Part shown: in pieces, positions 27,133-34,003 of the stretch | Layout: every line of letters starts with the position of its first letter | How positions within the stretch are numbered: the first letter of the stretch is position 1 | Origin: a virus | Taxonomy: Duplodnaviria; Caudoviricetes | DNA length: 43,450 nt | Strand: one strand, 5' to 3' | Virus record (IMG/VR): IMGVR_UViG_3300032280_000294 | Location: 1 to 43,450 of that record | Translations under genes and position numbers: made by a program | The notes under the pieces: generated by a model | What the model was told of the DNA's origin: nothing | What the model saw: only the letters and a program-made list of their open reading frames with translations | Database searches by the model: none

Positions 27133-28038
27133 ATGACATTTACATCTAATATGTTTAACGAAATCAAAGACTCCCTATCTAAGAAGGGAGATAGTTCCTA
27201 CAAGGACATCATGAAGTTTGAGCCAGGAAAGACTTATGTCGTTCGTCTGGTACCTAACGTTCACGAGCCTAAGAAGACAATTTATCACTACTACCATCAC
27301 TCCTGGAATAGTCTTGCCAACGGACAGTTTGTAACTGCTCTGTGTCCTTCCACATACGGTGAGACCTGCCCTATTGATTCCTACGTACTGAAGACGTACA
27401 ATACCGGTACCCAAGAAGACAAGGAGTCTATCCGTCCTATCACACGTAAGGAGAACTGGATGGTTAACGCTTACGTTATTACTGATCCTACCAACCCTGA
27501 CAACGAGGGCAAGGTAAAGGTTATTCGCTATGGCAAGGAGCTTGCTAAGATTATTGATTCCGCTATTAACGGTGATGACTCCGACGAGTTCGGTGTTAAG
27601 ATCTTTGACGTTCTTAACGGCTGTTCGTTCAAGATTAAGTGTGAGTCTCGTTCCGCTAATATCGGTAATCGTATGATGACTACATACACCTCTTCTAAGT
27701 TTACGTCTCCGTCTAAGATTGACGTTGATGCTGAAGCAATTCACGAGGCTATCTTCGATCTGGAGAAGTTTAACAAGCCTAAGACTACTGCTGAGCTGCA
27801 GCGTATGCTTGATCAGCATCACTTCTGCGTACAGGATCTCGATACTAAGGAAGAGATCGATGAAGATACCGTACCAGCAAAGCCTGCTCTTTCTACTAAG
27901 AAAGATGACGCTCTTAAGGAAATCTTTAGCGGTATCAAGGAAGAGACTGCTAAGAACGAAACACCTAAGAAGGAGACACCTAAGGCTCAAGTCGATGATA
28001 CTGACGCTAAGCTTAAGGAACTGCTTGCCGGACTCTAA
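27133..28038 (+). CDS. 32: Single-stranded DNA-binding protein gp32
   Basis: VRLVP, H..CPSTYGETCPI, YVITDPTNPDNEGKVKVIRYGK, FD..GCSFKIK, acidic C-terminal tail. Confidence 0.92.
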   Translation: MTFTSNMFNEIKDSLSKKGDSSYKDIMKFEPGKTYVVRLVPNVHEPKKTIYHYYHHSWNSLANGQFVTALCPSTYGETCPIDSYVLKTYNTGTQEDKESIRPITRKENWMVNAYVITDPTNPDNEGKVKVIRYGKELAKIIDSAINGDDSDEFGVKIFDVLNGCSFKIKCESRSANIGNRMMTTYTSSKFTSPSKIDVDAEAIHEAIFDLEKFNKPKTTAELQRMLDQHHFCVQDLDTKEEIDEDTVPAKPALSTKKDDALKEIFSGIKEETAKNETPKKETPKAQVDDTDAKLKELLAGL

Positions 28039-28052
28039 TTTTAACCTATAAT
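28025..28052 (+). promoter_or_regulatory. Sigma70-like promoter for folE2
   Basis: TTGCCG-16 nt-TATAAT, 6 nt before ATG 28059. Confidence 0.6.
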
Positions 28053-28058
28053 ACACAT

Positions 28059-28892
28059 ATGCCAAGAATTAAAACTAACGCCGATATTCCCGATATTCAG
28101 AATACTACTGACGGGTTCCCTAATAAGTACATCCCTAAGGTTGGTACGCGCGATGCTACCCTACCTGTAAAGATCATCCGCAAGGATGGTACCGTTAATG
28201 AAGGATCTGGTAAGTTCAGTATGTATACCGATCTTACCCCTGAGAATAAGGGTACCAATATGTCCCGCTATCGCATCCTGATTGAGGAGGTCGTAGCTAA
28301 GGATGGTTATTATGTACATGAAGTTATTAAGGATCTTCTGCACGAGTGTAAGGCTCGTTTGAAGTCTGATAACGCCTACGTTAAGATTAAGTTTGATTAC
28401 TTTCTTAAGCGTAAGGCTCCTGTCTCTGGAGTTGAGTCCCACATGGATTATCGTGGTAATATGGAAGGCCGTCTTGTTGACGGTAAGGAGCGTCTGTATC
28501 TTACGGTTAACGTAATGTATGCATCCCTCTGCCCTTGCTCTAAGGAGATCTCCGATTACGGTGCCCATAATCAGCGCTCGGTAGCTGATGTTACCGTTGA
28601 GCTTGATGAGTCTAAGGGTATTATGTGGATTGAAGATATTATCGATATCGTTGAGAAGTCTTCTTCCGCCCCTATTATTAACGCTCTTAAGCGTGTTGAC
28701 GAGGCTTACCAGACTGAGCTTATGTATGAGAATCCGGTCTTCGTTGAAGATATGGTTCGTAAGGTAGCGGTCGAGCTTGATAAGGAGCTTGATAACCGTA
28801 TTAAGGATTACTCAGTCGTAGTAAACCATTACGAGTCTATTCACACTTCGGTGGCTTGTGCGTTCATCTCTGCTGGTAGGGAACTAAAATAA
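28059..28892 (+). CDS. folE2: GTP cyclohydrolase IB (FolE2)
   Basis: PDIQ, KGTNMSR, SLCPCSKEIS, GAHNQRS, LKRVDE, ENPVFVEDMVR, ESIH. Confidence 0.94.
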   Translation: MPRIKTNADIPDIQNTTDGFPNKYIPKVGTRDATLPVKIIRKDGTVNEGSGKFSMYTDLTPENKGTNMSRYRILIEEVVAKDGYYVHEVIKDLLHECKARLKSDNAYVKIKFDYFLKRKAPVSGVESHMDYRGNMEGRLVDGKERLYLTVNVMYASLCPCSKEISDYGAHNQRSVADVTVELDESKGIMWIEDIIDIVEKSSSAPIINALKRVDEAYQTELMYENPVFVEDMVRKVAVELDKELDNRIKDYSVVVNHYESIHTSVACAFISAGRELK

Positions 28893-28909
28893 ACAATTAA
28901 AAAGCAAAG

Positions 28910-28950
28910 AATCCTTGCATACGTAGAATAAATAAACGTATGCAAGGATT
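28910..28950 (+). promoter_or_regulatory. 15-bp perfect hairpin that sequesters the endonuclease ATG, with a late promoter in the loop
   Basis: AATCCTTGCATACGT (28910-28924) pairs with ACGTATGCAAGGATT (28936-28950). The loop AGAATAAATAA contains TAAATA. ATG 28940 lies in the 3' arm. Confidence 0.85.
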
Positions 28951-29728
28951 TACTTTTGAATATTTAAAACAACTTACAGTTGGAAAAAAAGAAGCAGGTA
29001 TATATGGAATATTCTGTGAAGCAAATAAAACTGTTTATATAGGCGCTTCAATTAATCTAAGAAGAAGATTGCCATCTCACAGATCTCATCTTAAAAAGAA
29101 TAAACACTGCAATATAGCTTTACAAAATACATTTAACAAATACGGTATTGATACCTTTCAATTTTTAATATTGGAATTATTTGATAATATTACGTCGCAA
29201 AATATAGTTGAAAGAGAATGTTTCTGGATTCAAAAATATAATAATTCTAAGGAAAAATATAAATGTTTAAATTTAGATGTACCTGTAAATAATTGGGATA
29301 AAGATCACGAGATTATAAATTCAAAAAGAAAAAAAATATACCAGTCTAAAGGTATTAAACCTAGTAGAGCTTATACACAAACAGAGGAATATCGCAACAG
29401 ACAAAGTGAAATATTAAAAGGTAGAAAATGTACCTGGCAAAAACAATTAAAAGAAGCTAGACATAAAAGACCTTTAACTGTTTATTCAATGCTTTATTCT
29501 ATACAGGACCCTGCAGGTAATATTCATAAAATATACACCTGGGAGACCTTGAAAAATTTTTTAAAGAGCTATAATATAGATAATAACATACCGTTTCATA
29601 AACGTATTAGTATTGAAAAACTCGTACGGGAAAAAGAAACTAAAGAATTTAAAATATTAGAAATAAACAGAATTAACGAAAACACTAAACAAATGACTAT
29701 AAAATATAAACAAGGAGACCTAAAGTAA
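28940..29728 (+). mobile_element. Free-standing GIY-YIG homing endonuclease (Seg/I-TevI-like)
   Basis: AGIYGIFC..VYIGASINLRRR..H, ERE, LN, then a basic linker and C-terminal domain. Visibly more AT-rich than folE2 next to it. Confidence 0.88.
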
Positions 29729-29729
29729 T

Positions 29730-30113
29730 ATGCAAACTCTCGAGGAACAAATAGCAGCCGCTCAAATTGCGCAGATCTTCGGATCTGCGCTTAAGCAGGT
29801 CGATGAAAATACTGTACAGCAGTCTAGTACTGGACCAGCTACTAGAATTGATCCTCGTTCGTTTCTTACTATAGCGCAAAATCAGGTACAGCAACAAAAT
29901 AATAATGTACAGGAGCGCATTAACAAAGAAGCGGAAATGCTGTACCCGCTTCCGCCTCCTGTAGCTGTACCTCCTCTACCTCCACCAGCTCCGGTTGTAG
30001 AACCCGCTCCTGCTGTAGCTGTATCAAGCGAATTAATTGATGTATTAAAGTCTTTCCATGGGCTATTTGAAAGATTTGTAACTGCTTACGAAAAGAGTGT
30101 CCAGCAAGATTAA
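29730..30113 (+). CDS. Hypothetical Gln/Pro-rich protein
   Basis: 127-aa ORF with a PPPVAVPPLPPPAP tract. Confidence 0.6.
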   Translation: MQTLEEQIAAAQIAQIFGSALKQVDENTVQQSSTGPATRIDPRSFLTIAQNQVQQQNNNVQERINKEAEMLYPLPPPVAVPPLPPPAPVVEPAPAVAVSSELIDVLKSFHGLFERFVTAYEKSVQQD

Positions 30114-30828
30114 ACTACATAGAGAGAGTTTTATACAGAACTTTCTTTCCCCTGTTAGTCGTTTAGCTGATAATGTACCTATCTTTTTTACTGAAGAAGA
30201 GATTTATACAGTATGTGCTAACCAGGATGGTAGTGTAGTTCTACTAGCGTCTTATAATGTCGGTAATGATAAGTCATTTAAGATTAATTTACCTGATATT
30301 AAAAAGTTTGTTCGTCTTTTAGATTGTATAGAGGATGAAGAGCTTCTACTTGATGTAGAGAGCAATTACGTTAATTACGAAACCGATAGTGTACGGTTTA
30401 AGTATTTCTTACTTGAAGAAAGTTATATACAGCGTTGTCCTGCGACACCTGAAAAGATTAAGCAACTTCAATATGATACTACTTTTGATATACCTATTGC
30501 TAAGCTAAACGAAATACTTAAAGGTAGTACTATAACTACTGATTCAGATAAATTGTATCTCTATACAAGAGATAAGAAGATATATGCTGAATTAAACGAT
30601 AGAGAGAGACAGAACATTAATAGCATTACCTATCTCGTTACAGATGTATATGAAGGTAATGCACTCACTGCATGCATACCCTTTACATTAGAAAATATAC
30701 GTCTGCTTTCCGGTCTTAGGACAAATACCTTTAGTGTTAAGGTTAACAACAAGCTTAAGGTAGCTTTATTTGAAATAAAAAATAACTATACAACAATAAA
30801 ATTTGTTATTTCAGCACTTGTAAAATAA
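30097..30828 (+). CDS. 45: Sliding clamp gp45-like
   Basis: 243 aa with a two-domain alpha/beta pattern (INLPDIKKFVRLL, FTLENIRLL, terminal beta strand FVISAL). Replication context. Confidence 0.65.
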   Translation: MSSKIKLHRESFIQNFLSPVSRLADNVPIFFTEEEIYTVCANQDGSVVLLASYNVGNDKSFKINLPDIKKFVRLLDCIEDEELLLDVESNYVNYETDSVRFKYFLLEESYIQRCPATPEKIKQLQYDTTFDIPIAKLNEILKGSTITTDSDKLYLYTRDKKIYAELNDRERQNINSITYLVTDVYEGNALTACIPFTLENIRLLSGLRTNTFSVKVNNKLKVALFEIKNNYTTIKFVISALVK

Positions 30829-30853
30829 ACCTTACTAGTATAAATCTTTTTAT

Positions 30854-31219
30854 ATGTCAAACAAAATCACCACACTCGGATATATCCTTAAGCGCCTTCG
30901 TGACAGCGGTTACTATACGTATAAGATTTTTAACGAGTATTCACAGGTAGATCCACGAGCATGGACGATTGTAATCGACCCTGGTACAGCATCAATTTTT
31001 TGTACCTGTTATGTTAATGATCCGTACCTCGGTGAGTCATATTTTGAATTGTATGACGGTGGTCAGTTTATACCTGGACGTTTAAAGATTAAGACAAGCT
31101 CATTTGAAGTACTTGTCGAACACCTTGTAAAGTTTGGTGTAAATAATAAAGCTGCTGATTACAATCAGAGAAATACTATAACTAATACGAGCATTGAATT
31201 AGAAACCGTTGAAGCATAA
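30854..31219 (+). CDS. Hypothetical protein
   Basis: 121-aa ORF with TATAAATC upstream. Confidence 0.6.
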   Translation: MSNKITTLGYILKRLRDSGYYTYKIFNEYSQVDPRAWTIVIDPGTASIFCTCYVNDPYLGESYFELYDGGQFIPGRLKIKTSSFEVLVEHLVKFGVNNKAADYNQRNTITNTSIELETVEA

Positions 31220-31227
31220 ATATTGTT

Positions 31228-31608
31228 ATGCCAACCGGTGATAATACACCTAAGAAGAAAGTCAAAAGAACTAAAAAGACTATACAGCCAGGTCTTAGCG
31301 GAGACGCTGTACCGGATACAAAAATAGTTAAAGGAGATTTTCAGTCTATACCTGGGGTTGAAAGTTTAATCAAAGAAGCCTTCACAAGATTTTACGACGA
31401 TAAAAATCTTGAAAGGCAGAAGATGAAAGATCTACAACACTTAGATAGTGTTGTAGAAGAATTTTTAAAAGCATATATTATTATAGGTTACGATCTTAAT
31501 GGAGAGAAGGTGCATATTTTTCATGCGGAAAATTCAATGGAAAAAGACTCTCTCATCGAACATATGAGAACTACTTTAATGTCATATCTCAATAAAGAGA
31601 ATAATTAA
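31228..31608 (+). CDS. Hypothetical protein upstream of terminase
   Basis: 126-aa ORF with CATAAATA 5 nt upstream. Confidence 0.6.
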   Translation: MPTGDNTPKKKVKRTKKTIQPGLSGDAVPDTKIVKGDFQSIPGVESLIKEAFTRFYDDKNLERQKMKDLQHLDSVVEEFLKAYIIIGYDLNGEKVHIFHAENSMEKDSLIEHMRTTLMSYLNKENN

Positions 31609-31612
31609 AGTA

Positions 31613-33376
31613 ATGGATGAAGTAGATGGTATTAATGAAGAACCTCTAGATGAGGATCAGTATTACCGAGGTGATAAAAAAATACCAAGTGCAGATGCCC
31701 AATTTAAGTGGACACCTGCGATGGTTAAAGAGTTAGCGAAATGTAAAAAAGATATTATACATTTCGCTGAAAATCATTTCTTTATTACGTCAGTGGATCG
31801 CGGTAAAGAGAAAATAAGTCTTTATACAGCACAAAAAAAAGTTCTTCGTTCATTAGGTAATAACCGATTTGTTTGTTTATTATCTTCACGTCAGTCAGGT
31901 AAGACTACCTTAATGACAATTTACGCTCTTTGGGTAACTTGCTTTAGCGAAGATCAGCGTGTTATTATTGTTGCTAACAAGGAACAAACAGCTATCAACA
32001 TTTTTAAACGTGTTCGTATGGCTTACGAACAATTACCAAATTATCTTAAACCAGGTGTTAAAGAGTATGGTAAGACCGGCGTAACATTTAGTAATGACTC
32101 GAGTATAGGTATTAGTACAACAACATCAACAGCAGCAAGAGGTGAATCCGTCAATTGTATGATCATTGACGAAATGGCGTTTATTGAACAGCACTTTATT
32201 GAAGAGTTTTGGAAATCCGTTATTCCGGTTATTTCGTCAGGTAAGAAGACAAAAATCTTCGTAACATCAACACCCAATGGCACTGATAATAAATTTTACG
32301 AAATATATTCAGGTGCTGAGAAAGAAACTAACGGATGGAGAGCTGAAAGAATTGACTGGTGGGAGGTACCAGGTAGAACCGAGCGATGGAAAGCTCAGAT
32401 GGTAGCTACACTAGGCTCAGAGGAATCTTTCCTACAGGAATTTGGCAATGTTTTCGTAGATGACGGTAACACAGCAATTGGTGCTGAGTTAATTGAAAAA
32501 TTTAAAAATAACAAGAAAAAACCAATATGGAAATCTGATGATAATACATATCAAGTATTTGAGCAGCCCCACAAGGACAACTTGTATATCATTGGGGTAG
32601 ACGTAGGAGAAGGTATAGGCCGGGCCTCCTCTGTAGCTCAAGTCTTTGATATTACTGATTTAACAAATATTAAACAGACTGCTGTATACGGTACCAATAA
32701 CATTGAACCGTATCATTACGCCAATCACTTGGCAAACCTAGCCAACAGTTGGGGTAAACCACCTGTCTTAATTGAGCGTAATAATTGTGGTGCTCAAGTC
32801 ATTGACGCTCTTATTCACAAAATGCAGTATGATAGACTTGTAAGTTACTCTAAAATTTCATCTACAGGTAGTACCACCGTAAATACACGTCATTTGGGTG
32901 TACATAGCCATAACAATATTAGATTCTCAGGTATTACAAACATGAGATATTGGGTAAACTTCCTACAGACGGTATCAATCAACGACATTGAAACTATTAA
33001 AGAATTAGAAACGTTTATTCGTTACCCTAATGGAATCTATAAAAAGAGAAATGATAATTTCTTTGACGATAGAGTTATGGCTATGGTTTGGGCGTTGTTT
33101 ATTCTGGAACCAGAAATTTGTCAACAGTGGTTTCAAATTGATGAATACGATTCTCAAAATAAACCCCTTAAACTAGTTTCGAACGGTTATTTTGATTCTG
33201 ATGCTCAAAGTTACATTATCAAAGACTTAAATAATAATGCACCGGTATTTGTTGATGAACTACCTGAAGAAAAAACTACATACGTGCCTCTCATAACTGA
33301 AGAAGATTATGAAAAAATGTATGATGATTCTGATTTAGAGGATTTAATGAGTTCCGGTTGGAAAACATTATTTTAA
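31613..33376 (+). CDS. 17: Terminase large subunit gp17
   Basis: SRQSGKTT, IIDEMAF, TSTPNG, nuclease GVDVGEG, IERNN, DDRVMA. Confidence 0.96.
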   Translation: MDEVDGINEEPLDEDQYYRGDKKIPSADAQFKWTPAMVKELAKCKKDIIHFAENHFFITSVDRGKEKISLYTAQKKVLRSLGNNRFVCLLSSRQSGKTTLMTIYALWVTCFSEDQRVIIVANKEQTAINIFKRVRMAYEQLPNYLKPGVKEYGKTGVTFSNDSSIGISTTTSTAARGESVNCMIIDEMAFIEQHFIEEFWKSVIPVISSGKKTKIFVTSTPNGTDNKFYEIYSGAEKETNGWRAERIDWWEVPGRTERWKAQMVATLGSEESFLQEFGNVFVDDGNTAIGAELIEKFKNNKKKPIWKSDDNTYQVFEQPHKDNLYIIGVDVGEGIGRASSVAQVFDITDLTNIKQTAVYGTNNIEPYHYANHLANLANSWGKPPVLIERNNCGAQVIDALIHKMQYDRLVSYSKISSTGSTTVNTRHLGVHSHNNIRFSGITNMRYWVNFLQTVSINDIETIKELETFIRYPNGIYKKRNDNFFDDRVMAMVWALFILEPEICQQWFQIDEYDSQNKPLKLVSNGYFDSDAQSYIIKDLNNNAPVFVDELPEEKTTYVPLITEEDYEKMYDDSDLEDLMSSGWKTLF

Positions 33377-33964
33377 ATGGCTACAGCTAACCCAACACAA
33401 CAATCAATACTGAATAGATCGAGTAAAGATAAATTTTTACTCGTTTTAAATTTACCGCCTGTACTCAAAAAACGCTCTATAGAAGATAAAAACATATCGA
33501 TAGACCCTTTACAGGTTAGTGTTCACGGTTCAGTAGTACCAACAATTTCGGTTCCTCCACAGGCTTTAGGGTTTGGCGGTCAAACATATAACGTGACTTC
33601 ATATGCGCGTCCTAATTACGCACCGTTAAAAGTCAATTTTATTGTCGATAACTCATTTAATAACTACTACGTTTTATGGAAATGGCTTAGTATTTTAAAT
33701 GACCCCAGAGAAAGCGAATATTCAGGTACTCCTCCAAATCTCACTACTTATAAGGACAATATTGAAGCAGGTTTACCTGAGTATCAAACCAATATTTCTC
33801 TATTAGCATTAAATGAATATAACGAATCTATACTCGAATTCACATACTACAACGCTTTTATAACAACTTTAGGAGGTATAGATTACAGCTATCGTACATC
33901 AGATTTAATTGAGTCGAGTGCTGAATTTCAATTTAGTCAATTAGATATTAAAAAACTCCTATAA
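33377..33964 (+). CDS. 3: Tail tube terminator/completion protein gp3-like
   Basis: YAPLKVNFIVDNSFNNYYVLWKWL and FTYYNAFITTLGGIDY resemble T4 gp3. Confidence 0.72.
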   Translation: MATANPTQQSILNRSSKDKFLLVLNLPPVLKKRSIEDKNISIDPLQVSVHGSVVPTISVPPQALGFGGQTYNVTSYARPNYAPLKVNFIVDNSFNNYYVLWKWLSILNDPRESEYSGTPPNLTTYKDNIEAGLPEYQTNISLLALNEYNESILEFTYYNAFITTLGGIDYSYRTSDLIESSAEFQFSQLDIKKLL

Positions 33965-33981
33965 AAAAGTATCCGAATTCG

Positions 33982-33989
33982 CATAAATA
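33982..33989 (+). promoter_or_regulatory. T4-type late promoter for the tail sheath
   Basis: CATAAATA (T4 consensus TATAAATA) 14 nt before the ATG. Confidence 0.65.
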
Positions 33990-34003
33990 ATATTATATAA
34001 AAT

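Noticed and set aside
27175-28065. 296-aa antisense ORF over gp32
   Set aside because: It mirrors gp32 in register. The biased codon usage of gp32 avoids TTA/CTA/TCA, so antisense stops are absent. The product has no motif.
28161-28568. 135-aa antisense ORF inside folE2
   Set aside because: Same codon-bias artefact as for gp32.
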